From Eledone cirrhosa (taxonomy: Eukaryota): DNA of 64,000 nucleotides. Positions within the stretch are counted from its first letter, which is position 1; each line of letters starts with the position of its first letter. Positions 24,610 through 38,405 of the stretch are shown here, in pieces. The notes beneath the pieces were generated by a model. It searched no databases and had not been told where the DNA came from. It was given only the letters and a program-made list of their open reading frames with translations. The DNA lies in assembly GCA_964016885.1 (NCBI GenBank), contig OZ024762.1:6696001-6760000 (forward strand), written 5' to 3'. The position numbers were made by a program, and so were the translations under genes.

Positions 24610-24878
24610 TATATATAGACATATATATATAGATATACACATATATATAGACATATATATATATATATATATATAGATATACACATATATATAGACATAT
24701 GTATAGATATTTGTATATATATATATATATAGACACACACATATATATAGACACATATATATATAGACACATATATATAGGGTGACACAAAAGTTGCGCA
24801 CCAGTAAAAATAAAACTTTCGTATTTGTTATTTTTGTAAATGTGATAAATGTTCATAAAATGATGATAGAGTGGTGTA

Positions 24879-24944
<66 letters not shown>

Positions 24945-24998
24945 TATTATTATTACTACACACACACACATATATATATATTGTATCATATATGTGTC

Positions 24999-25325
24999 GA
25001 GGCACATGGTTTAGTGGTTAGAGCATTGGGCTTACACTCGTTAGGTTGTAAGTTTGATTCTCTGACCGGGCTTTGCGTTATGTCCTTGAGCAAGACACTT
25101 TATTTCACGTTGCTCCAGTTTACTTAGCTGTAGAAATGATTTGTGATGTCACTGGTGTCAAGCTGTATTGGCGGCCATTGCCTTGGACAACATCGGTGGC
25201 ATGGAGAGGGGAGACTGGTATGCTGGTCTTTCACAAACAACCTTGCCCAGATTTGTACCTTGGAGGGGAACTTTCTAGCTGCAAATCCCATGGTCATTTG
25301 TGACTGAAAGGGGTCTTTACCCTTT
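24999..25325 (+). mobile_element. tRNA-headed SINE with the family-1 head but a different 3' region
   Basis: Shared head through cagctgtagaaatga-like motif, then divergent. Confidence 0.75.
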
Positions 25326-25869
25326 TATTATATATGTTCATACACGGAACACAATGTGCTACCTAAGGTTTCAAAGTAAGATCATGACCTCCTTCCAAGA
25401 CTGTGCCCGCTGCTGCAGAGTGGAAGAGTGATTAAATTTCCTACCTAGTCATCAAGTGCTTCGAAGTCTTTTCTTGCTGGAATAGTTTATCACAAGATCC
25501 ATGTGTTGTTGTGACCCTTTGCAGGGAAAAGAAGACATATGATGAGAAAATCTTTGTCCAAAGAGTGGTCAATATTTATCGATGCTGGTGATCTACACAA
25601 TAGAAGTACCCAGTACATGCTGTAAAGTGGTCCATGGTAGGAAGGGCATCCAGCTGTAGAAAGCTTGCCAAACAAGGGGTTAGGAAGGCCTTCAGTTTGT
25701 ATCAAAAGACATGACAACTTCTGTACATTCAATATGGCCGTGTGTAAGTGAGATACAGACCCCTTGGTCTGTCTGGGAGGTCAGTAGCCCCACTTCTGTA
25801 CTGACTTGCTCTATGTAGACCTGTCCAACTATTTCTAGCAGGGAAAGCTGACATTAAATGGTGATGATA

Positions 25870-26375
25870 TCTATATATATAAAACAGAGGATGTCTGACT
25901 GTGTGTCTGTTTCCCTAAAACTCGAGAAGTACCCAACCGTTTTTTTTCAAACTTTATACATGTAACCCGTATGGCCCGGGAAGTGTTTTGAGCAAAAAAA
26001 AATTTTTAATTTTCAATGCCCTAGGGACCGCATTAGGCGATTTAGCGATCTCTTTCTCTTTCTCTTAGTCTTTCTCTTTTAAGATAGATACATAGATATG
26101 ACGTCGCGCCTTCATAATATCTGTATGCCTGACTGTCTGCATTACGTCATTATGACGCGATCAGTGTGTGTGTGTGTGTATATATATTCTTATGCCAGGG
26201 AACGTCTTCACGAACCAAAGTATCGTCTTCCTGTTTTCCAGATTTATTTTTTTAGTTTAAGAAGATCCCGTTAAGGTTGAAAGCAGCGATTCTTTGCTTA
26301 AACATTAATATGTTATTTTAATATAGATATTCATGTACAGATATTTTTGCATACACAAAAACAAAATATAAACAA
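25870..26375 (+). mobile_element. Non-autonomous Helitron-like element (3' end not identified)
   Basis: Starts TCTATATATATAAAA; second copy on the minus strand at ~37895-38405. Confidence 0.5.
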
Positions 26376-26403
26376 ACAAGGCCAAAGATTACATCAGTTA
26401 GTC

Positions 26404-26790
26404 TTAGTGTACTTCACCACATTTGAGAAGCATGTGCATAACACCATCAAGACCAGGAGAGGCATAGTTGCGCTTATTCTTAAGGTGACATTGCAGCATT
26501 GCCGGTGTAAATTCCATAGTTGTTATAGAATTTGATGTCAGAAGTGGTGGAGAGGGTATGTTTTGGTTTTCAACAGTAAAAATGCCTGCATAGCATTCAG
26601 CAATGAGTTCTGCATATTCCTTGGGGTCGTCAGTAATCTGGCTTGTGTGGGGATTGCAAAGAGGACCAACTGGAGAGTGAGGTTTACGCTTTGAATGTAC
26701 ATATTTCCAGAACACTTTACTGAAAGGGTTGGTTACTAAGCACTGTTCCAATTCAAGCCCTGCCTTTTTGTCATGTGCTTGAGATGGTTG
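26404..26790 (-). mobile_element. CR1/L2-group LINE internal ORF2 fragment
   Basis: KVFWKYVHSKRK...ITDDPKEYAELIAECYAGIFT...SPGLDG motifs, typical of the region upstream of the RT domain. Confidence 0.8.
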
Positions 26791-27019
26791 GATGATCTAT
26801 TGCCCTTTTTCCCTATTGATATCCAATATATGTAGTTTGTATTCCCATTCAGCATTACAACATTCTTTCCTGGTAAGTCAGACTGCTGCAGTCTCCCAAA
26901 TTGTACTTTTGGGATGTTTATATGCTTGCATGCTACTGATGCTGCACATGCTGTCCATATCGAGTTCAGGATGTTCCTTCACTACACACACATATACACA
27001 TACATATAAATATATAATG

Positions 27020-27059
<40 letters not shown>

Positions 27060-27560
27060 TGTGTATATATGTGTGTGCATATATATATGTACACACACAT
27101 ACATACATATATATATCTAGAAGCTGAAACCATTTTGAAGGAATAGGTAAATTACATTACTATATTACAGTGAAGGAGGAAGTGAGGAGTGGTAGGAGTG
27201 TTACAGTAAGGGAGTCAGTGTTGTTTTCACAGGAGCATCATTTGGATCCCATTTCTATGTAGCTTTAGTATTAAATTACCATAAACACTGTTCGGTGGCT
27301 GGCGGCATGCTACTAGCAAACAAACACCTAGTTGATTTCTTCACACATACTTGGTGTCCTCAAAGGTCAGATCCTCAGAAACTGGTTCACTGTTATATCT
27401 AGGGCTCTATATGAACCCTTTAAATGATGATGATGATGATGATAATAATAAATACTTTAACTCTCTCGTTACTATATTTCTAATGAAACATGCATTCCTT
27501 ATGATTTTCAAATAATTTTTTAAATAATCTAGAATTTGGAGCGATTTTATAATATAACTA

Positions 27561-27790
27561 ATGCGCATGGATGACCAATGGGTGAAGAAGTGCAAAGAAA
27601 TCCCAGCAGAAGGAAGGCGCAGCAGAGGTAGACCACATAAAACTTGGGAGGTGGTGAGAGCAGACCTCAGATCGCTGAAACTCACTGAGGAGATGACGAA
27701 GGACCGTGACAAGTGGAGAGATGCTGTGCTGAATAGGACCCATCCAACCCTTGCAAGCAGGGAAAAGCGGACGTAAAATGATGATGATGA
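27561..27790 (+). mobile_element. RTE LINE extreme 3' fragment
   Basis: Highly similar to 6766-7000. Confidence 0.9.
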
Positions 27791-28691
27791 ACTAACTTAT
27801 TATTAACCTTTTTGTTACCATATTTCTAAGAAAGACACAGTCTCCTATGATTTTCAAATAATTTTGAAAATAATCAAGTAATATAACTAACTGTTTCATT
27901 ATTAACCCTAATGGACCCCCCCCCCCCCCATAATTCTTAAATAATTTTTTAAATAATCAAGAATTTGGAAGGATTTAGTTCTATAACTAACTTTGTAGTT
28001 AACTCTTTTGTTGCCATCGTTCTAATGATAGACAGTCTCCTATGATTTTGAAATAATTTTGAAAATGGCAGGGAAAACAAACATTAAATGATGATGATGA
28101 TGGTGATGATGATGGTGATGGTGATGGTGAAAATAAACATTTTAATCTTTTTGTCACCATATTTCAAATAAATAACATTGTGATTTTCAAATAATTTTGA
28201 AAATATTGATGAATTTCGAAAATTTTCTAATACAACTTTCTAATTAGCTGGTGTTTGGAACTTAACTTAACAGAGGTTCTTACATAAAATTATGATGGAA
28301 GGACTTTACAAACACCCACTGAATTCAAAACAACAGTTGCTCTCTAACCAATGAGGGGCATTCAACATTTAACACTGGGTAACATGGCTGGCCCTTTGAA
28401 TTAGATACATATATGTGGTTGAGTATTCCACAGATATGTGTATACATAGCATAATTGTCAGGGAGATTCAATGTAACACTGTAACATGGCTGGCTCTTTG
28501 AATTACAGTTACATGTTATATATGGCTGAGTATTCCATTCACATAACATAATTCTCAAGGTGATTCAATGTGACATAGTGTGTAACACAACTGGCCCTTT
28601 GAATTACACGTATAGTCCATATTGTATTATAAGTGGCTGAGTATTCCACAGGGAGATTCAATGTAATACATTGTGTGACAAGGACAGCCCT

Positions 28692-28920
28692 TTAACCCTT
28701 TAGCATTTAAACCAACCGTATCCGGCCAGAATTCTCTCACCTCTTTCTGTTCAAACCAGCCATAACCGGCAGCTCATACTGATGTTAAGGTATTGTTCTC
28801 AAAATAAATAATATCTAAATCTCATAGATTCGATATTATGTGAGATAATTATGTAAGGTAAAGTATTTACTGTAAAAATACAATAGTATATATAGAGTAA
28901 TGTGAATGCTAAAGGGTTAA
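28692..28920. mobile_element. Complete TTAA-type (piggyBac-like) MITE
   Basis: TTAA-ccctttagcatt...aatgctaaaggg-TTAA; interrupts the host repeat gcccttt^aattacag. Confidence 0.85.
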
Positions 28921-29655
28921 ATTACAGGTACAGTCCATCCAACAGGCTTCCACACAGTTTCTGTGTTGATCCAAGGCTATGCCAAAAGAGCCATAATTAT
29001 ATGTTACAAAACATTTTGTCCAATGCTCTACCGATTCCCTTATTCCATCACCCATGTTTGTTATATAGGATAGATAGAAAGAAAATCCCTATTTAAAATG
29101 GCTAATAACTTTATTAATTAATTGTTTCTTGTTTCTACTTTTGGTACAAGGCCAGCAATTATCCCAGTGTATTACTGGCAATTTATTTTATCGACCCCGT
29201 AAGGATGAAAAGCAAAGTCAACTTTATTAATTAATGATCGATTTTCAGAAAACATGTTTTATTTTAATCAGTCTAAAGGTAGAAGTACAGTAGAGTGTTA
29301 AAATTCTACCTAAGCACCAGCGCTGTCCTCCAGTATTTGTCTGGGTGTATCCTCGACTAACTTCAACAGGAACACAGGCTGCGTGTTAGTCAGTACATAA
29401 CAAAGGTGTTCCTTCAATTGAACCACCTCCATAGGAAAACATTACATGGTGTTAAGTCACTACTTCTTGCTGGCCATTCATGTGGACCTTAATGACCCAG
29501 TCCTGGAAATTGGACAACAAGCCACTCACAGACAGTGCGTCCCAAATGAGGAAGGGTGCCATCTTACATGAACATGAGGTCATTGATGTTGTTCCAAGGT
29601 CAGTAATTTTCAATATTGACAATAACAGTGAGATACTCAGCCACCTCTCTCTCTC

Positions 29656-29695
<40 letters not shown>

Positions 29696-30699
29696 ATTCT
29701 ATGGGATTTGTAAATGGATACACATGGATATGGCGAATCTATTTTATGAAAAGAAAGCTGAGTGTAGAGTGTGAGAGAAAGAGAGTGAGTGAGCGGGAGA
29801 GAGCAGAGAGTGAAAGAGAGAAGAGAGAGGTGAGAGATAGGGGAGAGAGTGTGTGTGAAAGAGGGGGGGGGGGGGGGTATTTCAGTGTAAAGAACGCAGC
29901 AGAGCATAAACACAGAAGAAATACATGTCAACAACAGTAGCAGCAACAATACCAAGAACAACAACAACAACAACACCACACACACAGCAGGAACAACAGC
30001 CACAACAACAATAACAACAACACAGTCACAACAACAACAACAACACAACAACAACAACAGCAACAACACAGCAGGAACAACAGCCACAACAACAACAACA
30101 CACCACCACCACCACCACCAACAACAACAATGGCAACAACAACAACAACAACAACAACACAGCCACAACAGGACACTGTTGTTATGCCTTACAGTGGTAG
30201 TGAGAATCATAGAACCAGTAGAATTGGAAGTTTAGTAAAATGAAGGAATCAAGAAAATAGTTATCTAGTTGAATAAACAGCAATCTGTTTTTCACAACTG
30301 AGAGGATTAGAGAGAGAAATAGACAGAGAATTCTTAAACAATTTCAGATATTAAGCAGATAGAGCAATATGGTTTCTATTTTAAGGTAGCTTCAGGTAGC
30401 TAGGGGACAGTGCGGTAGGGTGGGGTAGGATGCGGTGGAGGGAATGAACAAAAAATACAAAAAAATTTCATTAGAAAACTGAAGTGTAGTTCTATCATAT
30501 TTCTATTTCTATGTTTTGAAATCTGAGACAATATAGAGTGTAAGAAGACTTTTTAGTCTGGCTGAGCCTGTGAAAACCTTTTTGATGCTAGTGCCATCAT
30601 AAAATACACCCAGTCCATTCTGTAAAGTGGTAGTGCTGATACCACACAGCCAACCCTGTAAAGTGATAGTGCTGATGCCACGTGTAGGCGCCATGGAAA

Positions 30700-30903
30700 A
30701 AAAAAAAGCACCCAGCACTCACTGTAAATGAGGTTGGTGTTAGGAAGGGCATCCAGCTGTAGAAATCAAGCCAGAATCAGTTCCCGTATGAGCAAGACAA
30801 GGTCAGCCGACCGGACACTGCCCGCAACAGGACAACCCGTCTAACCCATGCTAGCGTGGAAGAACGGACGTAAAACGGTGATGATGATGATGATGATGAT
30901 GAT
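30700..30903 (+). mobile_element. SINE 3' half with long tail B
   Basis: Matches 7560-7750. Confidence 0.85.
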
Positions 30904-31247
30904 CTGTTCACTAATAAAGATTCTAAAATTAATAAACTAATAAAGATACTTGAATTAACAAACTACATGAAACCACATTAGTAAGACATTCTTGAAAAAT
31001 ACAAAACAACACTATAACTGCATCACATTAAGAATTAAAGTCTTTCACTTTAATACAGCAAATTTTCCAAACAATCTGTCCACTAGTAAAGATACTATAA
31101 ACATTTAAATTATCAAACCACATGAAACCTCATTAGCAAGACAATCTTAAAATTTATAAAACCAGCACTATGACTGGGTAGGGTATGTAGTTGGCCATGT
31201 ATGTTAGTCTCCAATGTCTTATATACACTATATACACACTGTATATA

Positions 31248-31435
31248 AGGGCGGTGAATTGGCAGTATCGATAGAGGGTCGGACGCCATGCTTTCCAGCA
31301 TAGTTACGTCCCTTTACGGTCTGAGTTCAAATCCCGCCGAGGTTGACTTTGCCTTTCATCCATACGGGGTCGATAAAATAAAGTACCAGTAATGCACTGG
31401 GTAATTGCTGGCCTTGTGCCAAAAGTAGAAACAAC
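31248..31435 (+). mobile_element. Deu/Nin-like SINE with TSD
   Basis: actatatacacactgtata on both sides. Confidence 0.9.
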
Positions 31436-31542
31436 TATATACACACTGTATACTGTTATCCAAGAGAAAAGTAAAGGCTGATACAGCTTGGCACCAGTGT
31501 TGTTGTAACAGTTATTATATACACTATATATACATCATATAT

Positions 31543-31901
31543 GGAGGCACATGGCTTAGTGGTTAGAGCATTGGCCTTGCAATCGAAAGGTTGTGAGTTC
31601 AATTCTTAGACCGGGTGATGTGTTGTTTCCTTGAGCAAGGCACTTTATTTCACATTGCTCCAGTTTACTCAGCTGTAGAAATGAGATGATAAAGGACTGG
31701 GGTCCCTATCATTCCACTATTCCACTGCAAAGTGGTCTTGGAGGTGCCACGGCAAAAAGCACCCAGCACTCACTGTAAATGAGGTTGGTGTTAGGAAGGG
31801 CATCCAGCTGTAGAAATCAAGCCAGAATCAGTTCTCGTCCCACCCTTGCAAGCAGGGAAAAAGCGGACGTAAAATGAAATGATGATGAAATGAAATGATG
31901 A
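31543..31901 (+). mobile_element. Full-length family-1 SINE, tail A
   Basis: Matches 20798-21132. Confidence 0.92.
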
Positions 31902-33267
31902 TATATATACAGTCGATCGACTTTTGTCAAATCGGACGGACCGAGGAGACAATGTTTCCATTGATCTTTCCAATTGCTAATACTATCTGTCAGTTGCAAC
32001 TCCAGGTAGAAGGAGCAACGTGAAATAAAGTGTCTTGCTCAAGGACATAACGCATCGCCTGGTCTGGGAATAGAACTCACAACCTCACAATTGTGAATCC
32101 AATTCTCTAACCACTCAGTCTCATGCCTACACTATATACACACTATGTAATGTTGCCTTAGGGGAAAACAGCTTGGCACCAGTGTTCTTGCAACTCTTTT
32201 TTTCCCCCAGCTGAGTATAGTGGAATAAAAGAAATAAAGTGACTTGCTCAAATCTATCCTCTATTTATGTTTGTTGCAATCCTGTCATTCATTACCGAAT
32301 CTTTGCAATTGACACCTGATAACATCATGAATGTCTTACGTCATGATCTGGTGACGTAACCAGGCCATAGAAATATGTATTGTGATTTTGCAACATTAAA
32401 AGAATATCTGGAATCCGGCCTTCTGCTGCATTTTATATTATTATTGGCATCCGTTGGTCTCGAAAGATGATGGGTAGGCACCTGGAGAATTTGGTGCCAG
32501 CTGCTGATGGCAGTGCAGTGTCTGCTGTGGCTGTGCAAGCCCACACAGGAGTGGCAGTCCTGTATACAGCGACTGCATTTGAAGATGCTCTCCTCTGGTG
32601 TTACTGTGTTGTTCTTTTTTCGAGCAGACTTTTCCTCAGAGGCAAGTTTCAGTTTCTCTTCCCCTCACTCCATCACCTTGCACTATACTCATTTCCACTG
32701 TGGGCGATTATAAACGACCTGCTCCCATCTCTGGGTGTCCAGATCTATTGACTTCAGATCCCACCTGCAGACCTCTTTCAAACAAAGATGAGGTCATCCT
32801 CATGCTCCTGTGCTGGTGGCCTTTTCTCACTCTCTTTCTATTTCATCTTTTATTTCTCATTCTATCTTCTGATGAAGGACTAGTGTCTAAAACATAAAGG
32901 CTCTTTTCCTACTATATCAAGTGTTAAACTAATATATTTCTTGACTTTTTACATCCACGCCCACACAATTTAACTCATGGTCTAAACACACACACACACA
33001 TATATATATATATGTACACATGCCCACATATCTGTGTGTGAGGTATGAAGTAACCATTTATTACAATAATCTGACACTATGTTATACCACCACCACTACC
33101 ACTACTACTACCACCACTACTGCTACCACCACTACTACTACCACCACCACTACCACCACTACCACCACCACCACCACCACTACTACTAGTGACAGTATCA
33201 TTCTTCTTCAGCAATGTGTAGCTTTAAACACTTAGTTGCAATGTGATACCAGTGGATCAGTTTAATG

Positions 33268-33710
33268 GAGAGAGAGAGAGAGAGGAGAGGAGGAGAGAGA
33301 GAGGAGAGAAGGAGAGAGGAGAGAGAGAGGAGAGAAAGTGAGAGGAGAGAAAGTGAGAGGAGAGAGGAGAGAAAGTGAGAGAAGAGAAAGTGAGAGGAGA
33401 GAGGAGAGAGGAAAGTGAGAGGAGAGAAAGTGAGAGGTGAGAGGAGAGAAAGTGAGAGGAGAGAGTGTGAGGACAAGAGAGAGTGAGTGAGGAGAGAGAG
33501 TGAGTGAAGAGAGAGAGTGAGGACAAGAGCGATTGAGAAGAGGAGATAGAGTGAGAGAAGGAGTGAGAGAGGAGAGAGGCTGAGAGAGTGAGAGAGGGTG
33601 AGAGAGTGAGAGAGGTGAGAGAGGAGAGAGAGGGTGAGAGAGAGAGGAGAGAGAGTGAGAGAGGAGAGAGAGTGAGAGAGGAGAGAGAAAGGAGGAGACA
33701 AGGAGAGAGC
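33268..33710. repeat. Degenerate (GA)n purine tract
   Basis: Direct inspection. Confidence 0.9.
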
Positions 33711-33856
33711 TTTCAGTGTCACATTGACCAGGCAATGTGACAGATATTGAAATAAGAGACAATAACAATTACATCACACAACAACAACATTATTATTATT
33801 ATTACATCATTGCTTAACATTCACAATTGTTAATAAAGAAAGCATTATTAAGTTAG

Positions 33857-34016
33857 TCGGACGCCATGCTTTCCAGCAGAGTTACGTCCCTTTACGGTCT
33901 GAGTTCAAATCCCACCGAGGTTAACTTTGCCTTTCACCCTTACAGGGTCGATAAAATATAAAGTACCAGTAATGTACTGGGTAATTGCTGGCCTTGTGCC
34001 AAATGTAGAAACAATT
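33857..34016 (+). mobile_element. Deu/Nin-like SINE, 5'-truncated
   Basis: Matches 5330-5488. Confidence 0.85.
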
Positions 34017-34075
34017 ATTATCTATATTAATAACAAAAATAATTCATTATCACTGGCATAAGTCAGTAGGCCTGA

Positions 34076-35190
34076 AACTTCCCACATGGAGAGGCAGGTC
34101 TTTGCTGACCAACAAAGGGCTGCAACTTACCACATGGAGAGGCAGGTCTTTGCTGACCAACAAAGGGCTGCAACTTACCACATGGGGAAGCAGGTCTTTG
34201 CTGACCAACATAGGGCTGCCACTTACCACATGGAGTGACAGGGCTTTGCTGGTCAACAGAAGGCTGCCACTTACCACATGGAGAGGCAGGTCTTTGCTGA
34301 CCAACAAAGGGCTGCAACTTACCACATGGAGAGGCAGGTCTTTGCTGACCAACAAAGGGCTGCAACTTACCACATGGAGAGGCAGGCCTTTGCTGACCAA
34401 CAAAGGGCTGCAACTTACCACATGGAGAGGCAGGCCTTTGCTGACCAACAAAGGGCTGCAACTTACCACATGGAGAGGCAGGTCTTTGCTGACCAACAAA
34501 GGGCTGCAACTTACCACATGGGGAGGCAGGCCTTTGCTGACCAACAAAGGGCTGCAACTTACCACATGGAGAGGCAGGCCTTTGCTGACCAACAAAGGGC
34601 TGCAACTTACCACATGGGGAAGCAGGTCTTTGCTGACCAACATAGGGCTGCCACTTACCACATGGAGAGGCAGGCCTTTGCTGACCAACATAGGGCTGCC
34701 ACTTACCACATGGAGTGACAGGTCTTTGCTGGTCAACATAGGGCTGCCACTTACCACATGGAGAGGCAAGCCTTTGCTGACCAACAAAGGGCTGCAACTT
34801 ACCACATGGAGAGGCAGGTCTTTGCTGGTCAACAGAAGGCTGCCACTTACCACATGGGGAAGCAGGTCTTTGCTGACCAACATAGGGCTGCCACTTACCA
34901 CATGGAGTGACAGGTCTTTGCTGGTCAACAGAAGGCTGCCACTTACCACATGGAGAGGCAGGCCTTTGCTGACCAACAAAGGGCTGCAACTTACCACATG
35001 GAGAGGCAGGTCTTTGCTGACCAACAAAGGGCTGCCACTTACCACATGGAGTGACAGGTCTTTGCTGACCAACATAGGGCTGCCACTTACCACATGGAGA
35101 GGCAGGCCTTTGCTGACCAACATAGGGCTGCCACTTACCACATGGAGTGACAGGTCTTTGCTGGTCAACAGAAGGCTGCCACTTACCACA
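34076..35190. repeat. 48-bp minisatellite, ~23 copies with variant units
   Basis: ccacatggagaggcaggtctttgctgaccaacaaagggctgcaactta. Confidence 0.95.
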
Positions 35191-35324
35191 TTTTGTATGA
35201 CTCCAATAATATCAGTTATTATTGTTATTCAAAGTGTTCTAGACTGGTGATGATATTTAATCTCACAATCAAGTCGAATAACCTTAGATTGAAATCACTT
35301 ATTATTGTTATTACTTTATTTCAA

Positions 35325-35865
35325 GTGGTATTGGTGCCAAGATAAAATACACCCAATAATCTCTGTAAAGTGATAGTGGTAGTACCATAATAAAATATAC
35401 CCAATACACTCTGTAAAGAGGCAGTGAGATGCCACGATAACAAGCACTCACTACACTCTGTAAAGTAGTGGTACAGGTCCTTGATAAAATACACCCGGTA
35501 CTCTGTAAAGAGGTAGTGCTTGTGCCATGATAAAACACACCTAGTACACTCTGTACCATGATAAAATGCACTTCGTAAATCTGTAAAGTGGTAGAGCTGG
35601 TGCCACAATAAAATGTACCCAGTCCACTCTGTAAAGTAGTAGTGTTGGTGCCGTGATAAAATGTACCCAGTCCACTCTGAAAAGTGGTAGTTCTGGTGCC
35701 ATGATAACAAGCACCGAGTGCACTCTGTAAAGTGGTAGTTCTGGTGCCATGATAACAAGCACCGAGTCCACTCTGTAAAGTGGTAGTGTTGGTGCCGTGA
35801 TAAAATGTACCCAGTTCACTCTGTAGAGTTGTTGGCATTAGGAAAGGCATCCAACCATAGAAAAC
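35325..35865. repeat. Diverged 48-bp SINE-related minisatellite running into a SINE 3' segment
   Basis: ctctgtaaagtggtag..ggtgcc units followed by ttggcattaggaaaggcatcc. Confidence 0.8.
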
Positions 35866-36459
35866 ATGCTAAGATGAAACATTTAAGCAAGACATGGTCA
35901 TCTGATCTCTTTAGTCTCAGGATGTGAGATGACAACCCATCCAAATACATGATAGCATGGAAAACATGTAAAATGATGATGATGATGATGATAATGGTGG
36001 TGATGATGATGATGGTAATAATGATGATGACGGTGGTAATAATGGTGATGATGGTAATAATGATGGTGGTGGTGGTGATGATGATGATGACAATGATAAT
36101 GATGATGATGACAGTGATGAAGATATTAACTCTTTACTGTTAGAGGAAATTATAAAAATGAAAAAGAAATAAAAATAAAAAAACATTTTAATGGAAAAAA
36201 ATGGCAAAAAAAAATGGCAAAATAAAATGGCAAAAAAAAAAAAAAAAATTGCAAAGAGAATTTCTTCTTCTTCTACATGATTACTATCATATTTATTATG
36301 GCTGCTGACTGGGTGTAACGGATGAAGTATAAAAGATGTGATGTATGTAAGAAAAGTTGATTTACGTATTTGTTAGGATGTTAGACTACGTAATGAAACG
36401 GATATGAAGTACCATATGGAAGACATCAAGTGAACAGCTTGAGAAAGTGTTAAAACTAA

Positions 36460-37770
36460 TCAATTCTAACAGAATCTCAGGGTATATGTACTTTCATATA
36501 CAGAAATTTAACTCAATTTTAGCAACATCTCAAGGTATACAGAAATATAAATCAATTCTAACACCATCTCAGGGTATATATATACCTCCATATGTACCCC
36601 TATGTCGAGAAATTTAACACAATTCTAGCAACATCTCAAGGTGTACAGAAATATAAATCAATTCTAATACCATCTCAGGGTATATATATATATACCTTCA
36701 TATGTACCCCTATGTCGAGAGATTTAACACAATTTTAGCAACATCTCAGGGTATATGTACTTTCATATACAGAAATTTATCTCAATTCTAGCAACATCTC
36801 AAGCTATATTTACCTTCATATACAGAAATATAAATCAATTCTAACACCATCTCAGGGTATATGAACCATCATATGTACCCCTATGTCGAGAAATTTATGT
36901 CAATTCTAGCAACATCTTCAGTATATGTACCGCCATATCTAGAAACTATAAGTTAATTGTAGGAAAATATTTATAAACTATATGTCAATTCTAGCTACAT
37001 CTCAGGTATATGTATACTTATATCTAGAAAGTATGTAATTTCTAGCAACATTTTGGGTAAATGTACCTCTGTATCTAGAAAATATAAGTAATTTCTAGAA
37101 ACATTTGGGGTATATATATACCTCTGTATCTAGAAAATATAAGTAATTTCTAGAAACATTTGGGGTATATATACCTCTGTATCTAGAAAATATAAATAAT
37201 TTCTAGAAACATTTGGGGTATATATAGCTCTGTATCTAGAAAATATAAGTAATTTCTAGAAACATTTGAGGTATATATACCTCTGTATCTAGAAAATATA
37301 AGTAATTTCTAGAAACATTTGGGGTATATATAGCTCTGTATCTAGAAAATATAAGTAATTTCTAGAAACATTTGGGGTATATATATATACCTCTGTATCT
37401 AGAAAATATAAATAATTTCTAGAAACATTTGGGGGTATATATACCTCTGTATCTAGAAATTCTGTCAATTGTAGCAACATCTCAAGTATATATACCTCTG
37501 TATCTAGAAATAGTCAATTGTAGCAACATCTCAAGTATATATACCTCTGTATCTAGAAATTCTGTCAATTGTAGCAACATCTCATTATATATACCTCTGT
37601 ATCTAGAAATTCTGTCAATTGTAGCAACATCTCAAGTATATATACCTCTGTATCTAGAAATACTGTCAATTGTAGCAACATCTCAAGTATATATACCTCT
37701 GTATCTAGAAATTCTGTCAATTGTAGCAGCATCTCAAGTATATATACCTCTGTATCTAGAAATACTGTCG
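36460..37770. repeat. ~50-bp AT-rich minisatellite with three variant blocks
   Basis: atacctctgtatctagaaa core. Confidence 0.9.
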
Positions 37771-37894
37771 TATGTTCACCAATTGATGCAGAAGTCCTAA
37801 TAAAAACTGAAGTCGCCTTGGGTGAATAGGCAAATAATTTTCCATTACGATTTTTCAAAAGCATGTAATTGCGTTCCCTCTTTTTTGTTGTTGT

Positions 37895-37952
37895 TTTTGC
37901 TGCTGTTTATATTTTGTTTTTGTGTATGCAAAAATATCTGTACACGAATATA

Positions 37953-37988
<36 letters not shown>

Positions 37989-38103
37989 TAACAGATTAAA
38001 GTTTAAGCGATGAATCGCTGCTTTCACCCTTAACAGGATCTTCTGAAACTAAAAAAATCAATCTGTGAATGCAGAAGTAAATATTTCGAAAACCGTTACA
38101 CAC

Positions 38104-38142
<39 letters not shown>

Positions 38143-38405
38143 TATATATATATATACACACACACTATATATACATATATACACACACACACACAGATAG
38201 CGTCATAATGTCGTAATGCAGACAGTCAGATATTATAAGGGTTCGGCGCCTAATGCGGCCCCTAGGGCATTGAAAATTTGAAATTTCTTTTGATCAAAAC
38301 ACTCACACAACTATAAGTATGACATGTGTAAAGTTTGAAAACAATCGGTTGGGTGGTTCTCGAGTTTTAGGGAGTCAGACAGACATTCTCTGTTTTAGAT
38401 ATATA
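37895..38405 (-). mobile_element. Second copy of the Helitron-like element
   Basis: Reverse-complement similarity to 25870-26375. Confidence 0.55.

Noticed and set aside
29310-29640. Possible minus-strand exon (CVPVEVSRGYTQTNTGGQRWCL)
   Set aside because: Acceptor lacks a polypyrimidine tract and the branch-like motif is too close; unsupported
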